A program made the position numbers and the translations under genes. Below the pieces are notes generated by a model. The model did not search any database and was not told the DNA's origin. It saw only the letters and a program-made list of their open reading frames with translations. A DNA stretch of 64,000 nucleotides, from contig NW_027362769.1 in the NCBI RefSeq assembly GCF_046119375.1, positions 234,298,001 through 234,362,000 on the forward strand. Direction: 5' to 3'. The first letter of the stretch is position 1, and each line of letters begins with the position of its first letter. Shown here piece by piece: positions 48,280 through 61,896 of the stretch. This stretch comes from Phyllobates terribilis. Its lineage: Eukaryota.

Positions 48280-50699
48280 TTAAAATTCATTTCTGTGAGT
48301 TTATGTGGCCTATGGGGGGTGGGGGGGTAAGCTGTTATTTTCCCTTATGGGAAAGGTGTTATCTTGTACTAGTACCACATCACAAGCCACTGAGCTCTTC
48401 AGTTTGACTTTTATGTTTGACAATTTGCATACGAATTAATAGAAGCATGTCATTGCTCATACATGATAACAGTGTTACTTTAATTGTCAGACCACGGTTG
48501 TGGCAAATATCCATTGAAGACAGAGGAGACTATAGGAAACAATGGACGATTTCTTGTTATTTAATGCTTGCTTGTAAATTTAACTTTCAAAACACATTTT
48601 GAGTATGAGCAAAGATTTGACACATTATGCATTTAAAATTCTTTCAAATGTGTCAGATTGTGAGAAATCCTGCAACTGGCAGATTAATGATGGGAAAGTG
48701 TAGGAGGACAACATGCTGTACTGAGTAAGGAAGCTGGGGCTGCCCCCTCCAGCAACACGATCTAGAGTGAATGCTAAAATAAAGCTCCGTCATGCACTCT
48801 GGGGGCAGTGCTCTACATATACTGTGCTATATGTAGTACTTTGAGATATATGGAATACTGGAAAACCTAAACTGATAGAGAATTGCATCCTTTCCTATCA
48901 TTACCATCACCTAATTTACACACAGGACAAGTAATAAGCATGCTGGGGTGTGGGAAAGTCACATTCTACACCTTTACTGATTGAGTCTAGTAAAAGAACA
49001 TAAGCAAATGACCCATGCACACATAGATGGGACTCTCACTTAGGAGTCGGATACCTAAGGCAACGACTTCAAAATGCGCCCAACTCCCTCCTCCTTCTGT
49101 ACAGTTCAGTATGAAAACTGACAAACATTCAAGCTTTCATGTGACAGCTACTCTTAAGGACAAAAGGTGAATATCATGAAATGGAAGTCCCTTTAAATAT
49201 TTCCTATGCACATACATTGCACAGAAGCATGAGTATGTAAGGGTCACATGGGCTAAGGGGTCTTACTGTGACCCTAGACACCAATCTCTTAGTATAGATA
49301 AGGAAGAAGTCAGCTCACTTAATAAGAATAAATTTGACTTTACTGTGGAACTTGATGACACATACATACAGAAGGTTGCATGTACAAAGCTTAGCAGTTA
49401 CATCTTCTATATTGAATTGAGGCTCAGGCTTAAAGGTTACATCTTTGGTATAGTACATAGGCTCAGGGCTTATTGGTTACATGTGATGGCTCATCAATTG
49501 TTAGCAACATTTAAATTATACAGCAAAGCTTATCTGAGCCATCCTTGCTTTTAGATACAGTGCTCACAACCCTCTTCTGTGCATGACCAATGCTCCAGCC
49601 TGACAAGTCCAGTATTCTTTCACTAACACATCTGGTCGCCTCAGCACCAGCTTTGCTTTTGCTATCTCCTGGTCCACACAAACTTATCTATCTTCCTGGG
49701 CTGCCATCTCCATACCAGCTAGAGCTGAGCTCCCCTCTCTCTTTACTCCACTTTCCAGGGCATCAAGGATGCTCCAGCTGTGTATCGGATCCAAACTACC
49801 ACTTCACAATCAGTTGTTTCATGCTACTGTCCCCCCCCCCCCCCACACACACACACATGTGGTATATGCTCTCAGCTCCTCACTTTTCTCTTTAACTCTC
49901 AATTCCCAGCAGAACTCTAACAACTCCCAGGGATCCATTCATAGAACAAACCATTATCCTTCTTTTAGATGCTCCTCATTAGTGATGGGCCTTTTGCAAC
50001 TAATCCAAGACAATGAGTCGGCTTCCTACTGAGAATAATGGGAGCTGGCACTGAAGTGAGAGCCACTAAAGTCTCTGAATGGCTCTCAATTGGGGTAAAA
50101 TGATGGTTTTCTTTGGCCAAAACCCTGCCCGCCTAAACAAAACCCTACACATCTAACTATGAGTAGGCAAGGTTTTGGACACTGATGGGCAGGGTTTTGG
50201 CTGCATTATTTTCATCTTAAATGTGTATTCACCTATGGTGAACACATATTTAATAGGGATTCATTGAGGATCAAAAAGAATCGGCTTTTTTTTGGTGAGC
50301 GGAACCAAGTGATCAAGATCACCAAAAAGAGCCGAACTACACATCATTGCTCCCCATATTCAATTAATGCACAGTCATGCTTTGCAATGCCAAAAATCAG
50401 CAGTAGATGGTGCCAAAACCTTACACCACAGTTCCTAGCATAGGCACCACAATCTCCCAAGACTCCTCCCAGCTGCAGAGCTGACTCACTGCAGCTCTTC
50501 CATACCCAGCCGCCATTTCTCCATTAAACTCCACATAAAAGAGCCTACACTGATCCATAACATTAGCCATAAAACTACAATACTAATCATCAGTGTCGTG
50601 CAACAACATAATAAATAAAGCATTATTTCACACAAGAAATCTGTTCAGGGGATGCCAGACATCTTCCACTCCTTTACACATGCAATTGTGAGCAAAAGT

Positions 50700-51971
50700 T
50701 TGGAACCTGAAACACTGAGTACTGGACTGATGAACGACCGATCATCAGTCTGGCACTAATGCTGCCCTCGCGAGAACCGGCCGCTGTAAACTGAGGTAGC
50801 CTTACTTACTTCACCTCAGTTTACAGCGGCCGGTTCTCACGAGGGCAGCATGAGTGCTGGACTGATGAACGACCTCTCATCAGTCCAGCACTCGCACTGC
50901 CCTTGTGAGAACTGGCCCCTGTGAGCTGAGGTAACTTTACTGACGTCACCTCAGTTCACAGTAGCCAGGTCTCGGAGTACAGCGTGAGACCTGCTGCTCT
51001 AGTCTATGGAGCTTTGTCGTCTGAATGGAACTCCATACACTGGATGAAGAAGGTGGAGATCATCGTGGGACCTCCATTTGGATTACGCTGGACCCTGTAG
51101 ATTTTTTTTAAGAAATGAGGGAAAGAGGAAACTTGTAATGGAGGGCTTTTTACAAATAAAGGACTTTTCTGTGTGTGTGTTTCTTTCTTTTGTCTATGGA
51201 GTTAGTAATGGGGGTGTCTAATAGATGCCCCTCCATTACTAATCCTGGGCTTAATGTCAGCGGACATTGCACAGCTAACATCAATCGCAAAACCATTACC
51301 CCGATTGCCACTGCACCAGGACAATTGGGAAGAGCCGAGGCTAAGCTCCAGAATTGGCGCATCTAATGGATGCGCCATTTCTGAGGTGGCTGACTGCTGG
51401 TCTTATTAGGCTGGGAAGAGGCCAATATCCATGGCACTAACCAGCATATTAATATCAGCCCCAGACTGTCTGCTTTGCCTTAGCTGGTTATTAAAATATG
51501 GAGTACCAACGTAATTTTTTTACAGCCCCCCTGTTTTTAATAACCAGCTAAGGCAAAGCAGACAGCTGGGGGCTGATATTCATATGCTGGGAAGATCCAT
51601 GGGTATTGGCCCCTTCCCAACATAGTAATACCATCTCACAGCAATCTGCTTTGCCTTGGTTGGTTATGAAAATAAGGGGACCACAGATTGTTTTTTTAAT
51701 TTTTTTTCACACTGTCAGGCTGGGTCATGTGGAGCGACTGTCAGTCACACCAATGCCATTACTTGACATGGCTGTGATGGGGACAGAAGTGCCCACAGCC
51801 TTAAAGCTTGTTGATTGGTTGCACTGCAGCCTTTCAACAAGCTTTATTAGGCTGCTGAACCCAAACAGTAATACGGACATATAGTAAGAAGTCTGTGTTC
51901 AGGGTTTGGTACCGGACACTAGGTGTCCAGTACGAACCACGGTCTTTCCAGTTCAGGTTCGCTCATCCCTA
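50700..51971. mobile_element. hAT-like non-autonomous element with tandem internal hairpins
   Basis: Right end GTTCGCTCATCCCTA. Left end uncertain. Confidence 0.45.
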
Positions 51972-52593
51972 ATCATCTCTAATCCTGAAACCACTCATGT
52001 TTGGGGTTAATTTTCATCCATGGCTTGGGCTCACTCATAATTTTTTCTAAGAACACTGCCATGAATAAAGAATGGTCTTTAAACATTTCCAAAATCAACT
52101 TGGAGCAATGTTGTGATGAACAATGCTTTTTCCAGCATGATGGAGACCATGTCACAAGGCAAAATTGATAACATACTCTGCCCACCTGTATATATACAGT
52201 AGAAATATACTCTGCACATCATTATATATAACGCTGACTTATATTCTGCACACCTGTTTATGTACAGCAGACATACTATATACTCTGCATAACGGTATAC
52301 ATACAGCAGACATTTACTCTGCACTCCATTATACATAGAGCAAGCATATACAAGCAGTTTTTTTTTTAATTTTAAACTAATTGCACTGCCCCATAACATT
52401 TGAAACTTGATGGTGCCCTGGGCTAATGCCTACTGTTACCTACCCTTTCTCCCAGCCCTGTGTGCACACAAGAGAACTGTCTATATGGACGAGTTGGCAC
52501 TGAATATGCTGCTTTAAGCAACATTCACCCATCCATTGTACGCATCTGGATGCTATCCTCTTTTTACAGACAGCACAGTGACCTATAGAGTTT

Positions 52594-52778
52594 GGCCACG
52601 GCCCCACTATCTATCAGTATTTTTTCTCAGGAGTGGGAGCCAAAACCAGGTGAGGAACAATCAGAGAAAAGGTATAATAGAAACAAGTCATCAATTCTGC
52701 ATTTATCACCTACTCCTGGTTTTGGCTCCCACTCCTGGGAAAAAATTCTGACCGAATACTGATAGTGGGGCCGTGGCC
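52594..52778. mobile_element. PIF/Harbinger-type MITE (complete copy)
   Basis: TIRs GGCCACGGCCCCACTATC / GATAGTGGGGCCGTGGCC. Other copies at ~6700-6885 and ~19300-19470 sit next to TAA/TTA. Confidence 0.8.
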
Positions 52779-54460
52779 TTTCATTGATTCATGCACAAAC
52801 TTTAAAAAACAAATCCATGTGCCTGATCGATGAGACTCAGATCTCGTCCTATTCTCATCTGTTATGCAGCTCAACCCAGCCATTAAAGATTATGGGAATA
52901 AGTTTAACACAGAAGAAAAATGGATGATGTACTTTTTACTTCAGTGTTCCATGCTTGCTTCATCTGTTCTTCACTGATTTATTGTTAAGAATTAATGGAT
53001 GAACAAAAGTTCAGACGTTTCATCTCCATCAGTTTTTAAAAATGTATCAGAAAAAAACAGCCTGTGAGAGGAAAACAAGCTGATTGACATGTAGCTTTAT
53101 GGTGTATTACAATTTATTATGAATTAAATAACTTTTGTAGGGGACAAAATTTTGTTCCTGTAGAGACTTTTTCTATTTTTTGTAAATTCCTTATTTTAAC
53201 AAACACTGCTTCGCCACTACACAATAGAAAGTTACAGACAGCAATAATCTAAAATTGTAAAGAAATATAAGTGGTTAAATCTGTAACACATAAAACATGA
53301 AAGAAAGTGCATCTGACCAAGCAGGTATGGGGTCCAGCAATGCGTTTTAAACAATAAATAAAATTGCCCAATGGGATTGTAAAGGTTACACGGGCCGAGA
53401 TGTATAGATAATGGCCCCCAACAACAGTGAAGAGGGTCCCTGGGTGGGTGTGTATGATGATGTCCATTTTCTTCATCTTACTTCTGTAACTTAGTAACTT
53501 CTTAGGCAAGAAGTCAGGGTTTCCAACCGTCCAGAAATTCCAGGACATTCCGTAAAAATAGTGCACATTTTCGCCCTGTCCGTAAAAATTATTTAAGACG
53601 TCTTTGATTTTTTTAAACCTAAAGAAACTTATACTGACTATTTTGACTATAATTATCATAATTTTACAGGCTTACAGTGAATGCAGCTGATGTCTTCATA
53701 TCAGGATTATGGGCTGAAGACACAATCATCACTAATAATTATAATTTTTTTATGGTTTTCTAATGTGTCCGTAAAAAAATATTGTCTGTCCGTGATTTTT
53801 TGATAAAATGTCCAGAAAAAATAAAAAGCCAAGTTGGCATCTCTGGAAGGAGTCACTCCAGGATACAAAAATAAACTGATGTTTACTGGAGGCCTACATC
53901 TTATGAGTAACGTTACAGTAACACAGCATGTCTCAACGGAGCCGTCCAACTCCAGTTAGCTTCTTTCTCAACTCACTCCCTTGCAGTACTCGTGCCTCAG
54001 CCTGGCAAGGCTTAGTCCTTTTATTCCATTGTGACGTCCCATGGTCCCCAATAACCCATGGCTACCTCCTTTGGATCTCCTTCTCTGTAAAACATAAGCT
54101 GAACTCTCCAGTCTACTACTCCTTCACACACTAGGCACCCCAGCTTGCCTTCTGTCTACAGATCCTTCTCTTCTTAAAGTCAGCTGCTGGCTTGCTACCT
54201 GTGTATCTGGATCCCCATCTTAGCACACACACTGCAATGTCTCTCTCTTTGGAGACAACTCTCCCCTCCTTCTCTTTGTCACTGCACACTAACTTCTGGA
54301 ACTTCTAGCAACTTTCCCTTTTTCTTCCTAAAAGCTTATCCCAACTACAGAGCCTGGCTAACTGATAAATGCCTCTGTGTCGTGCATGTTCACAGTTACT
54401 TTAACTCCACCAACACAAGTTTATTAAGCTACATAACAATACTGTGAACACTTGTATTAA

Positions 54461-54947
54461 AGAGAATCTGTCACCCCCTGGCACTTATCTGTCCTCTAAT
54501 ATGGGCATACAGGTGATAAAAATGTAAATCTATACTAACCTGTATGCCTCATGTTAGATGTCTGGTTGCTGTAAAATGTCTTTTTATTCAGTCAAGTTTC
54601 TGATGCTGTGGAGCCGGGGCCTGGAAGAAATCCCTGCCTCCTGTGTGAATTACCTTGTTTCTCCCCTCCCCTGCATGTCACAGTGCCCTGTGATGTGCAG
54701 TTGCAGAAGCCAAATCCAGGCACTGTGACATGCAGGGGAGGTGGGAAACATTGTAATTTCCACAGGAGGCGGGGATTTCTTCCAGTCCCCGGGACTGGAA
54801 CACATCAGAAACTTGACTCAATAAAAAGACATTTCACAGCAACAAGACCTCAAATATGAGGCATACAGGTAGGTATCGATTCACATTTCTATCACCTGTA
54901 TGCCCATATTAGAGGTCAAATAAGTGCCAGGGGGTGACAGATTCCCT
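54461..54947. mobile_element. T2-type palindromic MITE
   Basis: TTAA|AGAGAATCTGTCACCCCC ... GGGGGTGACAGATTCCCT|TTAA. Confidence 0.85.
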
Positions 54948-57924
54948 TTAAACATCACATATAGAAAACGGAGCAATACAAGCTATACAGCACATTACAG
55001 TAGTCACAATATATTCAGGAGGATGCCGGTCACTTTACGTCTCCTTTGCAGGCTGAGAGGGTGAAGTGTGACAGTATGCATTTCGGGAGAGATCTGTCCA
55101 TCAACTAGGTCGATTCGAGGAGTGTTGGAGATCTTTCATGCTGTCCATGGTTTGGACAGCATTCATTGACTAACCAGGTATGAGAACTATGCTAGACTTG
55201 ATTTGTATTCTATAGGGTCTAGGAAGGCCAACTAGTGATGCCAGGTCTTGCTAAAGGAGGAGGTTGTGTTATGTGATGGCGCAATCAGGTCCTCCATCTT
55301 TATAATCTCATTGACCTTGGAAAACAAGAGATCTAACAAGGGTGGATCTGGGTACCCCACATGAGATTACTGCAAGCACGATCTGCATTAATCAAAGGCC
55401 TAAGGTGAGAGCGCTTGTATCATTGGATGGAGATATAACTGATTCAAAAATTAAAGAGACTTCTGACCAGCTAATGAAAAGTGGATTCTGTGATTTTTTT
55501 AGGCTTGCAGAGATTAGGGCTCTTTTTAAAGCACAAGCTTTAAGACAGACTTTCCCAAACTCAGATGGTGACATGTAATCCTATGCTTGATGCTAGACAA
55601 AATATAACCATGTGTGTGAGCCCCAACTTTTCTTATAAGTTGCAATCTATATGACGGCATTGCTGTATTTCCATTATGTGTCCTCTTTTATAGTAGTAAG
55701 AAAAATGATATCCACAGTCAGCTAAATCAGGTTCCTGGATTACACATATGTGAGAGACATGTTGCTAGCACACAAAATACAACCCGCTTTATCGATGTAA
55801 AATAGGTATGTGATTAAACCACTAGAGGGAAGTAGTAAGTTAATATAAAAAAGAAAGCAAGTGAAGGTGTCTGGTACTGCAGATGAAATACATTATAATG
55901 CTTTATTGTTCTGTCTATGCTACAGAGAACTAAGAAGCTTTAGAACAAAATTTTATGAGTAGATTGGGAAACAGTGTGGGCAGTAGAATCATCGGAAATT
56001 ACTAATACAGCGTACATTCTTTACAAATGTACATTTTATTTACATATTTATTGTATTTATTTATTAATCTACTATTGTAAATTACAAAAACATATATTAA
56101 GAGCGAAACAGAAGCAAAAAATGCCCAATACATTCCAACACTGCCACTGTCCAGTATACTGAATAGTCGGAAGGTCTCGTAAATATGAAAATCCAACAGT
56201 GTTATTAACTGTCTTCTATTGGCCATAAACATTAGATGTAGAGTACATTAAGAATATATCATCTGAACTGGATGATCAGCTGGACCGGTCATTTTTTCTC
56301 TATAATACATCATTCAAACTAATCATGTGTATATATAGTTGGGTTGTGAGATCTAACTGTTACAAATGAGTACTCGGCTATTAAAAGGGGACCTGTCAGC
56401 AGGTTTTTGCTGAGTGAATTGAGGACAGCATGAGGTAGGGGCTGAGACACAGAATTCAGCGATGTGTCGCTTATTAGACTGTGTGCTGTTGTTTCCATAC
56501 AATGAAAGTTTCATCACCAGGAGATTATTTCTGCCCAGACTAGCTCCCATATTCCATGTGCATGACTAGCCTTATGTTTTGTACATGTTCTAGACAACTG
56601 CTTAAAGAGGACCTTTCACTTTCCATAAATAGATAATTATTTTAACTAGTCTGAAAGCTAATATTCTCGAATCTGGACTTATTATTTTTCTTTAATTTTT
56701 GTTCCTATGCCCCTCAGTTCTTCTTCCTTTTTGCAATCTTTATGTAAATTCAATCTTGTTAGCCAAGGACATTAAATCTTCAACTTTTTTCTATGGGTAT
56801 CCACTTGAGGATCATGCCATCTTGGCTAAAAAAGATTTAGAGACAGGGGTCCAAAAAAGAAAGAACGGGGTATATGTCTGGAACGGAGAGGTACAGGAAC
56901 TAAAATAAACTAAATAAAACAATAAGCAGCAGCATTTAGAGTAGATAAAAAGTTACATAATTACAGGAAGTGACAGGTCCTCCTTAATAAATATTAATTT
57001 ATTACGGAATAGGAAGTGTAAATAAATACTGACCCAAGTTTCATTTTATAAAGATCTTGAAAATGTTGTGCAATCTATTTTCTGCATGTTATAGACTAGG
57101 AGGAGCTGAACATATTGATATATAGGTTTGCAGGAAAATATTCAGTATAACTTCCATTGAAATCCTTGCTGTTCCCGGGCATAAAACCAGTGGGTGGTTC
57201 TAAAGGGAACATACACTTATAAAGGGAAGACTGTCAATCACTTTGGAGGACCGACCTCTGGACTTTAATGCATAAAATAAGTTATACTGAATCTTTTCCC
57301 ATAAATCTTTATATTAATCAACTTAGCTTTTCCTGCTCTATAACATGCCGCCAAAAGATTGCATAGCATTTCCAAAATTGACAGGGTCTCTTTAAATCAG
57401 TATTACCTGCAAGTTTGGGTTAAGCACAATCTCTCACTTGGCCCTTGTCATACATTGGTGTTGGATGATGAGATCGAGGATGATTTATGCAAGGTCTTTG
57501 TGCAGATTGATTGCTCTAGCTCTACCATCCTCTGCTTGTAGGATAAAAGGAAAACAGTTGCAAAGCTTTTCTCTTTGCCATTTATGTCCCAGGCAAACAC
57601 AAGGTCACATTATGCAGCCGTATAATACAAAGATCATGTATGCAGAGAAATAGAACTTTGCTGAGAGCTGTATAAATTCCTATTCAGTGAGCTTTGACTA
57701 ATGCTAATAAAGAACTTTAGAACATACTAATATTTTTTTGTGTTTCACTTCCTCACTATTTTCAAGATCATTTCTCATTGCCTTTATTGTCAAAACACTC
57801 CTGTGGCTTATATGCATTTTATAAGCATCTTACATCCATCTTTTGTGTCCTTTTTAAAATATCCTAAACCGTAACCTCAGAGTCAGTTTATATTGTATTA
57901 ATTGCTTCTTTAAAAAAATAAAGC

Positions 57925-58110
57925 AGCACGGTCTCTCAGTGGTTAGCTCTGTTGCTTTGCAGCGCTGATGTCCTGGGTTCAACTCCCAGCAATGACAACA
58001 TCTTCAAGGAGTTTGTATGTTCTCTCCGTGTTTGCGTTGGTTTCCTCCAGGTTCTCTGTTGTATACTGATAGGGATTTTAGATTGTGAGCCCCAATGGGG
58101 ACAGTGAAGA
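57925..58110 (+). mobile_element. tRNA-derived V-SINE-like element
   Basis: tRNA-like head (cagtggttagc...gggttcaactc), V-domain-like ggagtttgtatgttctctccgtgtttgcgttggtttcctcc, and tail gattgtgagccccaatggggacag. Confidence 0.75.
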
Positions 58111-59559
58111 ATGCGTCAGTATAGCATAGTGGAATTTGATGGTGTAACTTTTAGTGTTTTACCCATTGTTATCGTCTCCTGCTCTTTCGGGGTCCATAGA
58201 AATTTGTCACATCTTACATATCATCATTTTTTGTGCATTTAGCATCAAATTAGTCATCCTTCTGTTTTTTATGAGAATACCGACTATTCCTTATTTATGC
58301 AAACAGCTTAAATACCGTGTCACTTTTTAAATGTTGCAGTATTATAGATAGTGGAAAAAGTCCTTGTGTGAAAAAAAAGCTTCTGTATTGGATGTAATTA
58401 TATTCCAGCTATCCCTATCACGCACAGTACTTCAATTGCGCTAAATAGTTGTTTTCAGATGAATGCAAATTAACTGTCAGGACATAGAAAACACTCTGAT
58501 TACTTTAAACATTATATTTAGTTACCCACTATAAAAACTCTACTGAAGCTATTGCTGAACCGATAAAGGACAAGTGTAGAAAGCACCATCAGCCTGTACA
58601 AGCCACTCAGCAGAGAAGAAATCCTCTTTCTTTTATAAGTTTTCCAGTACTTGTTCAATGGACTGAAGACAGCAGCTGGGTATATAACTCACAGTGAAAC
58701 AGGTTTTAAATATTTTAAAAAAACAAACAAACATTAATTTCTCCCTTGAACTCCTGTTTAGGGATGAGCGGACCCGTGGATGTTCGGATTCATCGAGTTC
58801 AACCAAACTTTTGTCTAAAGTTTAGTTCAGGTACCATGACTCTACCCAAAAACCCCATAGAAGTCAATACTGACCCGAACTTTGATGCTGTAATATTGTT
58901 GTAGTAAGGGCTGGGGGGCTGCCAGAGGAAGCAAAATACCCCCACAGAGTCAGTCTCTCTCTCTCTGACATAGTGCTCCCGGAACTCTAAATACTAAAAT
59001 GAACTTCCACGAGAAGTGGACACTTTACAGTTCTGATATTCTCATCTCTACTCCTGTTTGTTTGTTCATATTTTATCTCCATAATGCGTTCAAAAAATAA
59101 TCCTATGTAGTTACATATAGTTACAGAGTTATTACGGTTGCAAAAAGACACATTTATCAAGATCAGTCGAGGGATAGTAAATGATAAAGGGGATGGGGTA
59201 TATGCAAAATCATAATCCATGATCTGGTCAACCCCAAAAGTACTAAACCTCCTGAACTCAATTGTCGATCCACTGGACAAAAACAATCGGAAAATAACTT
59301 TTTGTAATTCTATAATTATTTTCTTCTAACAAAGCATTTGAAACCGACAATGGTTCCCGCTGTGACCAGCTCTTGATATAGAGTATTATACAGACTAAAA
59401 GTTCTTATGGTAAAGAAGCATTGTTTCCACTGGAGATTAAATCCATTTTTCTCCGGCCAGAGGCAGTGCCCCATTGTCTTTAGAACTATTTTTTTTAAAT
59501 GAAACATCTTACACCATTTTTGAAAAGGCCAACTGTTTATTTATTGTGTATGCTTTATT

Positions 59560-59828
59560 AGCGCTTTACAGACATAATCATCACTGTCCCCAATGGTTCT
59601 CACAATCTAAATTCCCTATCAGTATGTCTTTGGAGCATGGGGAGAAACTCACAGAAACACAAGGAGTCTAATAGGTGGCGCTATAGAGTACAAGTCCTCT
59701 TTTTCTCCGAAGAGGCAATTTGCATATAAGGAGAACATACAAACTCCTTGCAGATGTTGTCCTTGGTGCTATTTGAACTCAAAACCCTAGCATGGCAAGG
59801 CTGCAGTGCTAACCACTGAGCCACCACG
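59560..59828 (-). mobile_element. V-SINE-like element with a ~60-bp internal insertion
   Basis: Reverse complement of the 57.9-kb copy, interrupted at ~59668-59730. Confidence 0.75.
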
Positions 59829-61090
59829 ATGCTCATATATACTTCTACAAGTTTAGCATTTTCCCCCTTAGACATCTGTTCTCAAGACTACATACATAAT
59901 AAGTATTTTTTATGCGTCACAGTGAATCAGTAAATTCTTCTCTCCTTCTCCGATGTCTGACTGTAAGACAACCAGCTGCAGCAGGAACTTCCCCCCACTA
60001 TTCTGCATACTATAGGAGACAAAGTATGCTATGCCCTGCCCATGGTTATGCTTTCCAAAATAGAACCTGGGAATAATCCCAACATTTATACAATGATGCT
60101 TATTTCAACACCATGCCTGGTGATTGGTATTTCGGGCAGCTTTATATCCTGTTTACATCTCTCATTCTTTTTAGGTGTACTGTTCTTTTAATACATCGCA
60201 ATTTTCCTTTTGCCCCTTGGATAATATCATCCTATTTTCATACAGTCTCTTAGAAAATATGCCATAAGAATAATCCATATTTCTCACTAGCGTCTTTTCC
60301 TTTCTGTAGAAGGAGCCTCATGGAATAGTCCCTTTGGCTATAAAGTGTTATGTGTTTCTATTGTCCTATTGATCCTAGTAGGAAACAAAGTCAGTGGCAG
60401 TACCTTTCTGACCATTTGTATGCTGAAAAAAGAATGACAAAAAAAAATCCAATTGATTGCTATGTCACTTTGTTTTAGGTCTCCAGAATGCAGTGTTCAT
60501 TATGGCTCATTCTCGCTCTTGTTCATAAGCTGTGATTTCAGCACGGCTACCAAGTGATTACTAAGTAAGTTAATGCAGCACAAGTCTAAATGTCATACTG
60601 CAATGCAGACACTTTTCACAAAGCTTGCTTAGAAATACTGCATCTACTATCTATATTTTTGATAGCCAAAAATGAATGTATGCATATCCCATTTCTGAGA
60701 CACGTAATAATGCAGTATTAAAGCTACAGTTTATCGTTTTATTATTTCAATTACGGAGATTTGTGGGCAAAAGTGTATTTTATTAGGCACTGCAGTGATA
60801 TGCTTCTGTATGCAATACTCAGACCTGCCTTGACCTACTTTCCTATCAATAAAAACTGTTTTATAAATGTAAAGAGAATTATATTCTTAATTATTATTAA
60901 TAACAAAATGTAGTATCTCACACCTGTCTCATTACCAAGCTGCCATAGATCTTCAGGAATACTACTAGCTGTATGGCTAGATTATTTATATAATGGTTAC
61001 TATGTTTTCTGTATCCATATTCTTGTAGCGAGTAGACATTGGACATAGCAAAAGTTAAAATGGATACACACACAACCAAAATTAACTTCA

Positions 61091-61545
61091 AGAAGTTGTC
61101 CACTACTTTGACCACCACTGTTCATACCCCTCGCTTGGTCCCAATAAAATAATAAAGCCTATACTCCCCTACCATGCCGGCACCATTGCCATGGTGTTGG
61201 CATTCGAGGTCGCAAGACTCAAGTGCTGTTGTTGTGACACGTGATGCCAGCACCCAATCAGTGCTGGCATCATTGTCCCCACCTTCTGTCGAATTGAGCA
61301 TGAAGAGGAAGTCCGAGATCAGCTTCAACCCGGACTTCCTCTTCATGTTCAATTTGTACAAAGGCGGAGACAGTGACGCCAGAGTAGATTGGGCACCAGC
61401 GTAGCGTGTCACAACAACAGCACAGCAGCCCTGGGACCGCGATTGCCAACAGGTGCTAGCACAGCAGGTGAGTATAGGCTTTATTATTTTATGGGGGCCA
61501 AACATTTTGATCAAGAAGGGGTTGTCCTAGTAGTGGACCACCCCT
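61091..61545. mobile_element. T2-type palindromic MITE
   Basis: AGAAGTTGTCCACTACT ... AGTAGTGGACCACCCCT, flanked by TTCA on both sides. Confidence 0.65.
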
Positions 61546-61896
61546 TTCAGCAACAATTTTTTTCTGGAAGTGAGAAACTTAAAGTGTACCTCAGGCTTCA
61601 TGATGCTGGTAGATTCTAATGTAAAATGCAAAGCCTTTTTCATAAAATCTTTGAGCTGCAGAACTTTCCTTCTTCCTACCTGACAAATATGAAGTTATTT
61701 TAAATCTTTGCAATGTTAAAGATAAAGAAGAATGACCAGGTCACTGGTTACTATCTGCACAATTTTTACTCTCAACTCTAACACTGTGAACATTGCTTGC
61801 CTGAAAAGGTGCTGATGCTGCTGTAATCACAGGATGTTTTTCAAATCAGAAGAAGGTTTCTTCTAAAGTCATACAACTAGTGGTATTTTAGCTATA

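Noticed and set aside
50722-50893. CTGATGA motifs as hammerhead or C/D-box RNA
   Set aside because: No GAAA/NUH partner and no box C; they are arms of DNA palindromes.
55100-55600. Possible decayed L1 ORF2 3' fragment on the minus strand (PPLLDLLFSKVNEIIKMEDL)
   Set aside because: Only a short motif resemblance; too degraded to call.
57925-57990. tRNA-like sequence
   Set aside because: It is the head of a SINE, has no intact cloverleaf, and continues into the V-domain.
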